Below, in pieces: positions 20,838-29,709 of a stretch of 64,000 bases of DNA (its first letter is position 1; each line of letters begins with the position of its first letter). Position numbers and translations under genes: made by a program. The stretch lies in NCBI GenBank assembly GCA_030066755.1, contig JASJAX010000006.1:10583-74582 (forward strand), written 5' to 3'. The notes under the pieces were generated by a model. The model saw nothing but the letters and a program-made list of their open reading frames with translations, had not been told where the DNA came from and did no database searches. Origin of the DNA: Acidimicrobiia bacterium (lineage in GTDB: Bacteria > Actinomycetota > Acidimicrobiia > Spongiisociales > UBA5794).

Positions 20838-21806
20838 GTGTCATACCCTGACCGTATGACGGTCCACGACCAGTTCCTCCTCCCCGACTACGAGCCTGCC
20901 TATCTCGAGGCGTACCGGTCGGGGCAGCTGCTCGAGAAGGTCGCGGCGGCTCGGCGAGAGCTCGAACACTGTCTCGCGTGTCCGCGCGACTGCGGGGTGA
21001 ACCGGCTGATCGACGAGCGTGGCGTTTGTCACGTCGGGCGCCACGCGATGGTGGCGAGCGCGTTCGCTCACTTCGGGGAGGAGAACTGCCTGCGGGGTCG
21101 AAACGGGTCCGGGACGATCTTCTTCAGCTACTGCAACCTCAAGTGTGTGTTCTGTCAGAACTGGGACATCTCGCAGGCACCCGCCGGCAGAGAATGCACA
21201 CCCGAGCAAGTGGCCGGGCTCATGCTCGAACTCCAGGGACAAGGCTGCCACAACATCAACTTCGTGACGCCGGAGCATGTCGCACCGCAGGTGGTTGAGG
21301 CCGTCGCGGCGGCGATTCCGCTCGGGTTGCGGGTACCGATCGTCTACAACACGAGCGCCTACGACGCGATGTCGTCGCTCGAGCTGATGGATGGCCTCGT
21401 CGATATCTACATGCCGGACTTCAAGTTCTGGGAGCCACAGACCGCTCGGCGATTGGCGCGTGCGAAGGACTACCCCGAGGTGGCCCGCACGGCGATCCGC
21501 GAAATGCACCGCCAGGTCGGAATCCTGCAGTTCGGGAGCGACGGGCTGGCGCGTCGTGGCGTACTCATTCGCCACTTGGTGATGCCCGGTCAAGCCAAGG
21601 AGTCGGCGGAGATCTTCCGGTGGCTCGCCGACGAGCTTTCGCCCGATACCTACGTCAACATCATGGGCCAGTATCGACCCGACCATCGGGTGCCGGGCGT
21701 CGACCGGTATCGAGACATCGATCGGAGGCCGGATCGGGCGGAGCTCGCCGCTGCCCGCGATGCCGCGGAAGTCGCGGGTCTACGGCGGTTCGCCGAGCGG
21801 TGGTGA
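20838..21806 (+). CDS. radical SAM protein (PflX / pyruvate formate-lyase-activating-like, COG1313)
   Basis: CNLKCVFCQNWDIS is a CxxxCxxC radical-SAM cluster motif. There is also an N-terminal Cys-rich region. The start may be GTG 20838 or ATG 20856. Confidence 0.75.
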   Translation: MSYPDRMTVHDQFLLPDYEPAYLEAYRSGQLLEKVAAARRELEHCLACPRDCGVNRLIDERGVCHVGRHAMVASAFAHFGEENCLRGRNGSGTIFFSYCNLKCVFCQNWDISQAPAGRECTPEQVAGLMLELQGQGCHNINFVTPEHVAPQVVEAVAAAIPLGLRVPIVYNTSAYDAMSSLELMDGLVDIYMPDFKFWEPQTARRLARAKDYPEVARTAIREMHRQVGILQFGSDGLARRGVLIRHLVMPGQAKESAEIFRWLADELSPDTYVNIMGQYRPDHRVPGVDRYRDIDRRPDRAELAAARDAAEVAGLRRFAERW

Positions 21807-21830
21807 GCGGTCCCCACACGTAGGGGGCCG

Positions 21831-23105
21831 GTGAATGGCATCATGCATGCCTTGCCTATGACCGACGGGGGCTCGATGTCCGACGAAACGACGAAATCGC
21901 CAAACATGCCGCAGCGGCTTCGTGCGGTGTTCTGGCAGCCACCGCGAGCGCACGGCGAGGTCATCGAAGATCGCACCGTCAGTTTCCTCGAACTGTTCTA
22001 CGACCTCGTCTACGTCGTCGTCATCGCCCAGGCGACCCATCACCTCGCTGAACACATCGGCTGGCGAGGCGTTGCCGAGTTTGCCGTCATCTTCGGAATG
22101 ATCTGGATCGCCTGGCTCAACGGCACGTTGTACCACGACCTCCACGGTCGTCAGGACGGGCGGAGTCGGGTGTTCATCTTCATCCAGATGATGCTGTTGG
22201 CGCTATTGGCCGTATATACCGGGGGTGCCGCCGGCGACGACGGCCGAGCCTTCGCCCTCGTCTACACCGTGTTCCTGGGCGTTCTCACCTGGCTCTGGTA
22301 CACCGTCCGTCGCCAGGACTCAGAGGAGTACATGGCCCTGACGGCTCGCTACTTGACCGGCATGGCCGTGTCGACCGTGCTCATCGCGGTGAGCGCATTC
22401 CTGCCGAACGAGGCACGCGTCGTCGTCTGGGGCCTCTACATCCTCACCTTCATCGTCTCGGCGGTCGTGATCGAGCGGACGGATTTCGAAGGGCTCGAGG
22501 ACCGGCTCGACGTTTCCGACTCGCTGGTCGAGCGGTTCGGTCTCTTCACCATCATCGTGCTCGGAGAGGTCGTGGTTGGGGTCGTGTCCGGACTGGGCGA
22601 CGTCGAGCACACCTTCCGATCGGTCTTCACCGGCATCGTCGGACTCATGATCGGCTTCGGTATCTGGTGGACGTACTTCGACTTCGTCGGCAGACGCACC
22701 CCGCGGCCCCGCGACGGGGCCATGACATGGATGCTCGGTCATTTGCCGATCACGATGGCGATCGCCGGTTCGGGGGCGGCATTACTGAGCCTCGTCGAGC
22801 ACGCCGGGGACTCGAGGGCGCTCGCCGATACGGCGTGGCTGCTCACCGGGTCAGTCGCCGTGGCACTCCTGGCGCTGGTGTTCGTGATGCAAACGCTCAA
22901 TGACTACGAGCGCCTCACCGCGATCTACCAACCCGTCACCGTGGCGATCCCGATCGCTGCAGCAGCAGTCCTGGTCATCGGGTTGCTGCGGCCCGCTCCG
23001 TGGCTGCTCGTGATCCTCATCGTGGCCGTGCTCGCCGGCATCTGGTGGCTCGCCGTCGACCGCTGGCTTCGTATGGATGATCCCGCCGACGTGAGCCCAA
23101 CCTAG
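21831..23105 (+). CDS. low temperature requirement A (LtrA) family membrane protein
   Basis: SFLELFYDLVYVVVIAQ matches the LtrA signature. The protein is polytopic. The start is uncertain (possibly 21876 or 21906). Confidence 0.6.
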   Translation: MNGIMHALPMTDGGSMSDETTKSPNMPQRLRAVFWQPPRAHGEVIEDRTVSFLELFYDLVYVVVIAQATHHLAEHIGWRGVAEFAVIFGMIWIAWLNGTLYHDLHGRQDGRSRVFIFIQMMLLALLAVYTGGAAGDDGRAFALVYTVFLGVLTWLWYTVRRQDSEEYMALTARYLTGMAVSTVLIAVSAFLPNEARVVVWGLYILTFIVSAVVIERTDFEGLEDRLDVSDSLVERFGLFTIIVLGEVVVGVVSGLGDVEHTFRSVFTGIVGLMIGFGIWWTYFDFVGRRTPRPRDGAMTWMLGHLPITMAIAGSGAALLSLVEHAGDSRALADTAWLLTGSVAVALLALVFVMQTLNDYERLTAIYQPVTVAIPIAAAAVLVIGLLRPAPWLLVILIVAVLAGIWWLAVDRWLRMDDPADVSPT

Positions 23106-23107
23106 GA

Positions 23108-23160
23108 AGTACTGAGTACTGAGTACTGAGTACTGAGTACTGCCGAGGCGGTAGCCTCGG
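23108..23160. repeat. (AGTACTG)x5 followed by hairpin CCGAGGC-GGTA-GCCTCGG
   Basis: Between the LtrA stop (23105) and the cysteine synthase ATG (23164). The hairpin ends 3 nt before the ATG. Confidence 0.85.
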
Positions 23161-23163
23161 CCC

Positions 23164-24120
23164 ATGATCTATGACGACATCGTTGCGGCGATCGGGAACA
23201 CGCCGATCATTCGGCTTGGGCGCATCCACCCGCCGGGGAACCTCACTGCGAAGCTCGAGTATCTCAACCCCGGAGGGTCCAGCAAGGATCGCATCGGCCT
23301 GGCGATGATCGAGCGCGCCGAGCGCAACGGATGGATTCAACCCGGTGGCACGATCGTCGAGCCGACGAGCGGCAACACCGGAGTCGGGCTCGCCATGGTG
23401 GCCGCTCTCAAGGGTTACAAGCTCGTCGCCGTGATGGCGGACAAACAATCCAAGGAGAAGCAGGACCTCTTGCGTGCCTATGGGGCAGAGGTGGTCGTGT
23501 GTCCGACGGACGTGGAACCAGAGGATCCCACGTCGTACTACTCGGTGGCGGACCGGCTGACCAAGGAGATTCCGGGTGCGTACCGCCCGGATCAGTACTC
23601 GAATCCAGCGAACCCACAGGCGCAGTACGAAACAACCGGACCGGAGATCTGGAATCAGACCGACGGGCAGATCGGGATCTACGTCGCCGGGGTTGGCACC
23701 GGTGGAACCATCGGAGGCGCCGGTCGCTACCTGAAGGAGCAGAACCCGGACATCATGGTCGTCGGGGTCGATCCGGAGGGGTCGATCTACACCGCACCCA
23801 CCGAGGACGACATCCGGACCTATCTCATCGAGGGCGTCGGCGAGGACTTCTGGCCCGAGACCTACGACCCGGACATCGTCGACCGCTTCGAGATGGTGAC
23901 CGACAAGGAGGCGTTCGTGATGACGCGCAAGCTCGCCGAGGCCGAGGGGCTCCTCGTCGGCGGATCTTGCGGCATGGCCGTTGTCGGTGCCCAACGAGTC
24001 GCCGAGGAGTATCCGGACCAGCTCGTGGTCGTCGTGCTCCCCGACTCAGGCCGCAACTACCTGGGCAAGATCTTCAACGACGAGTGGATGAGGGAGCAGG
24101 GATTCCTCGAGGGGGAGTAG
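23164..24120 (+). CDS. cysteine synthase / CBS-like PLP-dependent enzyme
   Basis: A PLP-lysine region (LEYLNPGGSSKDRIG) and glycine loops (TSGNTGVGLA, GVGTGGTIGG). Confidence 0.8.
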   Translation: MIYDDIVAAIGNTPIIRLGRIHPPGNLTAKLEYLNPGGSSKDRIGLAMIERAERNGWIQPGGTIVEPTSGNTGVGLAMVAALKGYKLVAVMADKQSKEKQDLLRAYGAEVVVCPTDVEPEDPTSYYSVADRLTKEIPGAYRPDQYSNPANPQAQYETTGPEIWNQTDGQIGIYVAGVGTGGTIGGAGRYLKEQNPDIMVVGVDPEGSIYTAPTEDDIRTYLIEGVGEDFWPETYDPDIVDRFEMVTDKEAFVMTRKLAEAEGLLVGGSCGMAVVGAQRVAEEYPDQLVVVVLPDSGRNYLGKIFNDEWMREQGFLEGE

Positions 24121-24193
24121 CGCGGCGTGATGGCGTTGCCATCACGTCCGCAGACTTCGGCTTCGCCGAAACTGCGACGCAGGCCCGTGTCTC

Positions 24194-24241
24194 TGTACTC
24201 AGTACTCGGTACTCAGTACTGGGACCGCCGAAGGCGGTCCC
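24194..24241. repeat. (GTACTCN)x4 followed by hairpin GGGACCGCC-GAAG-GCGGTCCC
   Basis: tgtactc agtactc ggtactc agtactg. A separate inverted repeat CGTGATGGC...GCCATCACG lies at about 24126-24148. Confidence 0.8.
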
Positions 24242-24348
24242 CTTGCGGTCCCAATTGCGTCACATTCGGTTCTCCCATATGGCCGTATCCGCGACTCTTC
24301 TCAGTGCCTAGCGTTGGGGCTTGGGACTGAGAACGGAGCGCATCCACC

Positions 24349-25212
24349 ATGAGCGAACCGGCGATTCGGGTCGACGACATCAGCTTCTCCTACGGTGATA
24401 TCGAGGCCGTCAAGGGCATCAGCTTCGAGGTGGCGCCGGGGGAGATCCTCGGCTTCCTCGGACCGAACGGGGCCGGCAAGTCGACGACGATCAAGATCCT
24501 CACAGGCCAACTGACCCCTCGATCGGGCGCGGCACAAGTGCTCGGCGTGGACGTGACCACGGACGACCCGGAGATGCAGGCGAACATCGGTGTCTGCTTC
24601 GAGGAGAAGAACCTCTACGACACGATGAGCGCGACGGAGAACCTGCGCTTCTTCGGCAGTCTCTTCGGGATCAAGGACGTCGATACCGACGGTCTGTTGC
24701 GCCGGGTCGGTCTCGCCGACCGCGCCAAGGACCGGGTCAGCAAGTACTCCAAGGGGATGCGCCAGCGCCTGATGATGGCCCGCACGCTCGTCAACACGCC
24801 GAAGGTGCTGTTCCTGGACGAGCCGACCGACGGGCTCGATCCGGTGTCGTCCCAGGCGATCCGGAACCTCATCAAGGAGGAAGCCGCACGCGGCGCCGCA
24901 GTACTGCTCACGACCCACGACATGCACGAGGCCGATGAGCTGTCGGACCGGGTGGCATTCATCAACGAAGGCAAGCTCCACGCCGTTGACACGCCGGAGA
25001 GCCTCAAGCTGCGGCACGGCAAACGCTCCGTGACGGTGCGACTGCGCGAGGGAGACACGGTGACCGAGCGGTCCGTCTCGCTCGAGGACGCCGACGCCGG
25101 CGAGCTGCTCAAGACGGCCGTGGCGTCACCGGACCTCATGACGATCCATACCGAGGAAGCGACGCTCGAGGCCATCTTCATCGAGATGACGGGGAGGGGG
25201 CTCGAGGGATGA
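24349..25212 (+). CDS. ABC transporter ATP-binding protein (ABC-2 type)
   Basis: Walker A GPNGAGKST, signature YSKGMRQRL, and Walker B LFLDEPTDGLD. Confidence 0.85.
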   Translation: MSEPAIRVDDISFSYGDIEAVKGISFEVAPGEILGFLGPNGAGKSTTIKILTGQLTPRSGAAQVLGVDVTTDDPEMQANIGVCFEEKNLYDTMSATENLRFFGSLFGIKDVDTDGLLRRVGLADRAKDRVSKYSKGMRQRLMMARTLVNTPKVLFLDEPTDGLDPVSSQAIRNLIKEEAARGAAVLLTTHDMHEADELSDRVAFINEGKLHAVDTPESLKLRHGKRSVTVRLREGDTVTERSVSLEDADAGELLKTAVASPDLMTIHTEEATLEAIFIEMTGRGLEG

Positions 25213-26393
25213 GCCGGCCGGTGTCCCGTGCGAGTGTCCTGTGGGCGATCGTGCGCAAGGACGTCAGGGAGTACACCCGCGATCGGTTGTGGGCGTTCCT
25301 CACGGTGTTCACGCTCATCGTCACGGTCGGCCTGTACTGGGTACTCCCCGATGACGTCGACGAGTCGATCCGGGTCGGTGTCTCCGGGATCAGCGATCCA
25401 CTGTTCCTCAGCGGTCTCGAGACGGCCGAGGCCGAGGGACTCGATCTCGTGGTGTATCCGTCGGCAGAGGATTTGGAGGCCGTGGTCGCACGAGAGGCCG
25501 ACGCGTTCGCCACCGGGGCCGTTGCGACCGTGATTCGTCACGATGCGGGTGTGAACGCACCCGAAGGTGCGGACAAGGTCAACGCCCAGCTCGGCCTGGC
25601 GTTCCCGGACGACTTCGTGGCCGCAACGAGCGCCGGGGAACGGACGAACGTCACCGTGTACATCGACGCCGCGGTTCCCGACGAACTCGAGTTAGCGATG
25701 TCCAGTCTCGTCCGTGAGCTCGCCTTCGCGATCGCCGGGCAGCAATTGCCCGTCGACACCTCGAATCCGATGGAGGTCTTCGTCGTGCTCGGTGAGGACC
25801 GTGTCGGCAATCAAGCCTCGGCGCGCGACGGGTTCCGTCCCATCTTCGTGTTCCTCGTGCTCCTGATGGAGATGTTCGTGATGGCGTCGCTCATCGCAAA
25901 GGAGATCCAGGACCGGACGGTGACGGCGATCCTCGTCACGCCCGCCAGGATCGGAGACATCCTCGCCGCCAAGGGGATCTCCGGTGCCATGAGCGGCATG
26001 GCCCAGGCCGTGATCATCTTGATCGCAATCGACTCGCTCACGCCCCAGCCGGCACTCATCCTGTCGCTGATGCTGCTCGGTTCGATCATGGTGGCCGGTA
26101 CCGCCATGCTCGCCGGCTCCACCGGCAAGGACTTCATGAGCACGTTGTTCTGGGGTATGGCCTTCATGATCCCGTTGCTGATCCCGGCGTTCGCTGCGTT
26201 GTTCCCGGGCACTGCGTCGACGTGGATCCAGATCATGCCGTCGTATCCGCTCGTGCAGGGGCTCGTCGATGTCACCACGTATGGCGCCGGGTGGGCAGAG
26301 ACGTTGCCTGAGCTCGGTGGACTCCTCGCCTGGTGTGTGGCGCTGTTCGCCCTCGGATGGGTCGTGCTCAGGAGAAAGGTGCAGACGCTGTGA
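25209..26393 (+). CDS. ABC-2 family transporter permease
   Basis: Overlaps the ATPase stop by 4 nt. It has an N-terminal TM helix, a large loop, then about 5 TM helices. Confidence 0.7.
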   Translation: MSRPVSRASVLWAIVRKDVREYTRDRLWAFLTVFTLIVTVGLYWVLPDDVDESIRVGVSGISDPLFLSGLETAEAEGLDLVVYPSAEDLEAVVAREADAFATGAVATVIRHDAGVNAPEGADKVNAQLGLAFPDDFVAATSAGERTNVTVYIDAAVPDELELAMSSLVRELAFAIAGQQLPVDTSNPMEVFVVLGEDRVGNQASARDGFRPIFVFLVLLMEMFVMASLIAKEIQDRTVTAILVTPARIGDILAAKGISGAMSGMAQAVIILIAIDSLTPQPALILSLMLLGSIMVAGTAMLAGSTGKDFMSTLFWGMAFMIPLLIPAFAALFPGTASTWIQIMPSYPLVQGLVDVTTYGAGWAETLPELGGLLAWCVALFALGWVVLRRKVQTL

Positions 26394-27451
26394 TCGAGCG
26401 AATCCTCCTCGTGGTCCGCAAGGATCTGCAGCTCGGCCCGCGCTCGCCGATCTTCCTCTGGGTCCTCATTCTCCCGTTCCTGATCACGATCATGCTCCAG
26501 GTGGCATTCGGCAACCTGTTCGAGTCGACGCCACGCCTGGGAATCGTCGACCAGGGGAGCTCCACGGTGACCACGTCGGTCGAGGCGGTCGACGGCATCG
26601 AACTGACCTTGCTCGACGACGTCGACGACTTGAAGCGCAAGGTGGAGGCCAACGACCTCGATGCCGGCCTCGTGCTGCAGCCCGACTTCGATGCCGCGTT
26701 GCAGTCGGGTGCCCGTCCTCCTCTCGAGTTCTATGTGGGCGGCGAGAGCCTGGCGTCGAACCGGGTGATCCTTGCCGTCACGACGGTTGACATCATCCGA
26801 GAGGTCGAAGGGAGCACGCCGCCGGTCGACGTCGAAGTCGTGGCGCTCGGCAAGGAGGGTGATCCGATCTCGGTGCGACTGGTGCCGTTCATCACCGTGT
26901 ACGCGCTCTTGATCGCCGGGGTGTTCCTCCCGTCGTTCAGCCTCGCAGATGAACGCGAGAAGCGAACGCTCGATGCGTTGGTCGTCTCACCCGTGCGACT
27001 GTCCGAGGTCGTCGTCGCCAAGGGCATCCTCGGGTTCGTCCTGGCGATTGCGATGGCGGTCATGACCCTGTGGCTGAACGGCGCACTCACGGCCGAGATT
27101 CTCCCGCTGCTCATCGTCCTGATGGTGGGCGGGCTGCTCCTGGTCGAGGTGGGTCTTGCCTACGGCACGGCGTCGAAGGACATCAATGCCGTCTTCGCCC
27201 TGATCAAGGGCACGGGTTTCATCCTGCTGGCACCGACGATCTTCTACATCTTCCCGGACTGGCCGCAGTGGATCGCCCGGTTGTTCCCGACCTACTGGGT
27301 GATCAATCCCATCTACGAGATCACGATCAACGACGGCCAGCTGAGCGATGTCGCCGGGGAGTTGGCCATCGCCTTCGTGGTGATCGTTGCCTTGGCGTTC
27401 GTCGTTGCCATGCTCACCCGGCGACTCCGGACGAAGCTCGCAACGACCTGA
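26390..27451 (+). CDS. ABC-2 family transporter permease (second)
   Basis: The GTG start overlaps the previous stop (GTGA). Same architecture as the first permease. Confidence 0.65.
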   Translation: MIERILLVVRKDLQLGPRSPIFLWVLILPFLITIMLQVAFGNLFESTPRLGIVDQGSSTVTTSVEAVDGIELTLLDDVDDLKRKVEANDLDAGLVLQPDFDAALQSGARPPLEFYVGGESLASNRVILAVTTVDIIREVEGSTPPVDVEVVALGKEGDPISVRLVPFITVYALLIAGVFLPSFSLADEREKRTLDALVVSPVRLSEVVVAKGILGFVLAIAMAVMTLWLNGALTAEILPLLIVLMVGGLLLVEVGLAYGTASKDINAVFALIKGTGFILLAPTIFYIFPDWPQWIARLFPTYWVINPIYEITINDGQLSDVAGELAIAFVVIVALAFVVAMLTRRLRTKLATT

Positions 27452-27488
27452 CGTACACTCGGCCACGATCGCTCGGAAAGGTCATCGG

Positions 27489-27833
27489 GTGGCGACGATC
27501 ATCGCACTCATCGGGCTCCTGTTCGTCTTCGCAGTGTTGGGCATCAAGGTGATCACGGAGCACGAGCAGGGCCTCGTGACCCGGTTTGGTGCGCATTACG
27601 CCGTGCTCGGTCCGGGACTGCACATGACCGTGCCGATCGTGGATCGGGTACGCAGCATCGATCTGCGTGACGTGGCCGTCACCAAACGTATCGACCCGGG
27701 GGAGACGGGCAGGATCCGCATCGGCAACGAGGACTGGGACGCTCGATCGGACGATCCAGGCAGGATCACCACTGGTACCCCGATTCGCATCACCGCCCTC
27801 GAAGGCCAGGTCATGGTCGTCACGGCGGGCTGA
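27489..27833 (+). CDS. SPFH/band-7-like N-terminal fragment (possible gene remnant)
   Basis: A TM helix, then KVITEHEQGLVTRFGAHYAVLGPGLHMTVPIVDRVRSIDLRDVAV, matches the start of an SPFH domain. The sequence then diverges and stops after about 114 aa. No continuation is found in the other frames. Confidence 0.3.
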   Translation: MATIIALIGLLFVFAVLGIKVITEHEQGLVTRFGAHYAVLGPGLHMTVPIVDRVRSIDLRDVAVTKRIDPGETGRIRIGNEDWDARSDDPGRITTGTPIRITALEGQVMVVTAG

Positions 27834-27843
27834 ATCAGCGTCG

Positions 27844-27871
27844 CAGGTCCCAGGTCTCAAGTCCCAGGTCA
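27844..27871. repeat. (CAGGTCY)x4
   Basis: caggtcc caggtct caagtcc caggtca, between the SPFH fragment and the 3' end of the selenoprotein candidate. Confidence 0.75.
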
Positions 27872-27922
27872 GGCGTCTGCGGGGATTCCGTGTGCCTCCG
27901 ACCGGAGGCGTCAGTCGTGCTG

Positions 27923-28216
27923 TCAACCGGGGCCGTGGGCATGGCCGGCTTCCACGACGAACTTCGATCCAAAGACGCCGCGTTTGGCGTCGACGGTCAG
28001 CGATGCAGCCCAGCCGATGAGGTTGCGCGGCACGAGGAACGCCACATCGTGGTACTCAACACGCTCGTACGGGGCGAGGTTCTTCCCTGCCGTGTTGGTG
28101 TCGACCGACACCTCCGCCGGCTTGCCTCAACCGACGGGGCGGATGAAGTCGAGGGCGATGTTGCCGCCCTTCCGCTTGGCGAGCGCCAGCGCAGCTTCGG
28201 TGACCTGAACGTCCAT
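27923..28216 (-). CDS. candidate selenoprotein, HesB/IscA-like fold (in-frame UGA at 28127-28129)
   Basis: A single frame reads MDVQVTEAALALAKRKGGNIALDFIRPVG-U-GKPAEVSVDTNTAGKNLAPYERVEYHDVAFLVPRNLIGWAASLTVDAKRGVFGSKFVVEAGHAHGPG*. The ORF track splits it into a 62-aa ORF plus an upstream 29-codon ORF separated only by the TGA. Fourteen nt downstream of the UGA is the hairpin GGUGUC-GGUC-GACACC (+ strand 28097-28112). Both halves have high GC3. Confidence 0.5.
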
Positions 28217-28256
28217 ACCGCGCACGTTACCCGGCCTACGCAACGTACGACCTGCG

Positions 28257-28295
28257 GGTCTCTATCCGAGACCTGAGACCTGAGACCTGTGACCC
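28257..28295. repeat. GGTCTC/GAGACC inverted pair followed by (GAGACCT)x3 and GTGACCC
   Basis: ggtctctatccgagacc tgagacc tgagacc tgtgaccc. This is the reverse complement of the CAGGTCT family. Confidence 0.8.
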
Positions 28296-28509
28296 GGCCG
28301 GGCGCGCAAGGATCCCCCTCCCTTTCAGGGAGGGGTGGCCTCGACGAAGTCGAGGTCGGGGAGGGTGTCCGCACTGGACTCGATCACGGTGGCGCACGGT
28401 TCTCACTCATCGAGTGCTGGGAGCCCCCGGAGCCGAGCCGTGGAGACCCTCCCCTGCCTGCTTCGCAGGCTGTCCCCGCCCTACAAGGGCGGGGGATCCG
28501 GTGACGAAC

Positions 28510-29664
28510 CTAAGGAAGCCCGTCCAACGCCTGGGCGAGGTCCTCGATGAGGTCGTCCGCGTCCTCGAGCCCGACCGAGAGTCGGACCAGACCGTCGGTG
28601 ATACCGATGCGGGCACGCTCGTCCGGCGGGATCGCAGCATGCGTCATCGTCACGGGGTGCGTGATGAGCGACTCGACCGAACCGAGGTTCTCGGCGAGCG
28701 TCCAGAGGCGCACGTTGTCCATGATCGCCTTGCCGGCTTCGAGACCGCCCTTGACTTCGAACCACGCCATGGCTCCGAACCCGGTCGCTTGCTGCTTGGC
28801 CAGGTCGTGCTGTGGAAACGACTCCAACCCGGGGTAGGCCACCGTGGCGACCTTTGGGTGGCCCTCGAGGAAGCGAGCGACCCGCATGGCGTTGTCGGAC
28901 TGCCGATCCATCCGTTCGGTGAGGGTCTTGACACCCTGCAGGGTGAGCCAGGCGACCTGGGGGGACATCGTGGTCCCGGTCGAGTTCTGGATGAACTTGA
29001 TCTGCTCGTGGAGCTCGGGCGTGCGGCTCACGACCGCCCCGCCGACCGTCGCGTTGTGGCCGTCCATGTACTTGGTCGTCGAGTGCACGATGAGGTCCGC
29101 ACCGAGCTCGAACGGTCGCTGGTAGTACGGCGTCAGGAACGTGTTGTCGACGCAGTGGGGGACCCCAGCCTCCTGGGCGATGTCGGAAACCGCTCGCAGA
29201 TCCGTCAGCTTCAAGGTGGGGTTGGCCGGCGTCTCGGTGAAGACCAACGCGGTCGAATCACGCAAGGCCGCAGCGACGTTGTCCGCTTTCGAGGTGTCGA
29301 CGAACTCGAACTCGATCCCGAACCTCGTGTACACCTGCGATGCAAGCCGATGCGTGCCGCCGTAGACGACATCGGACACGACAACGTGGTCGCCTGCGTT
29401 CAGCATGGCGAGGAAGACGGCATTGGTCGCAGCCATGCCCGTGGCAAACGCTGCTGCGTCATGGCCGCCCTCGAGGACGGCCACCTTCTCCTCGAACGCG
29501 CGCACGGTCGGATTCCCGGATCGCGAATACGAGTATCCGGTCGCCATGTAGTCGTCGACCGACGGCTGCACGAACGTCGTCGACTGATGGATCGGGGTCA
29601 GGATCGCGCCGGTCGTCGGGTCTGGCGTCACTCCGGCGTGGATCTGCTTGGTTCGAAATCGCAT
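28510..29664 (-). CDS. cystathionine gamma-synthase / O-succinylhomoserine sulfhydrylase family (Cys/Met metabolism PLP enzyme)
   Basis: MRFRTKQIHAG...SGNPT... and a PLP-Lys region (HSTTKYMDGH). Length is 384 aa. Confidence 0.85.
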   Translation of the reverse strand: MRFRTKQIHAGVTPDPTTGAILTPIHQSTTFVQPSVDDYMATGYSYSRSGNPTVRAFEEKVAVLEGGHDAAAFATGMAATNAVFLAMLNAGDHVVVSDVVYGGTHRLASQVYTRFGIEFEFVDTSKADNVAAALRDSTALVFTETPANPTLKLTDLRAVSDIAQEAGVPHCVDNTFLTPYYQRPFELGADLIVHSTTKYMDGHNATVGGAVVSRTPELHEQIKFIQNSTGTTMSPQVAWLTLQGVKTLTERMDRQSDNAMRVARFLEGHPKVATVAYPGLESFPQHDLAKQQATGFGAMAWFEVKGGLEAGKAIMDNVRLWTLAENLGSVESLITHPVTMTHAAIPPDERARIGITDGLVRLSVGLEDADDLIEDLAQALDGLP

Positions 29665-29709
29665 ACGAGTAGTCAACCACACGGAGGTCCCTGAGGTTCG
29701 GGCCGCGTC

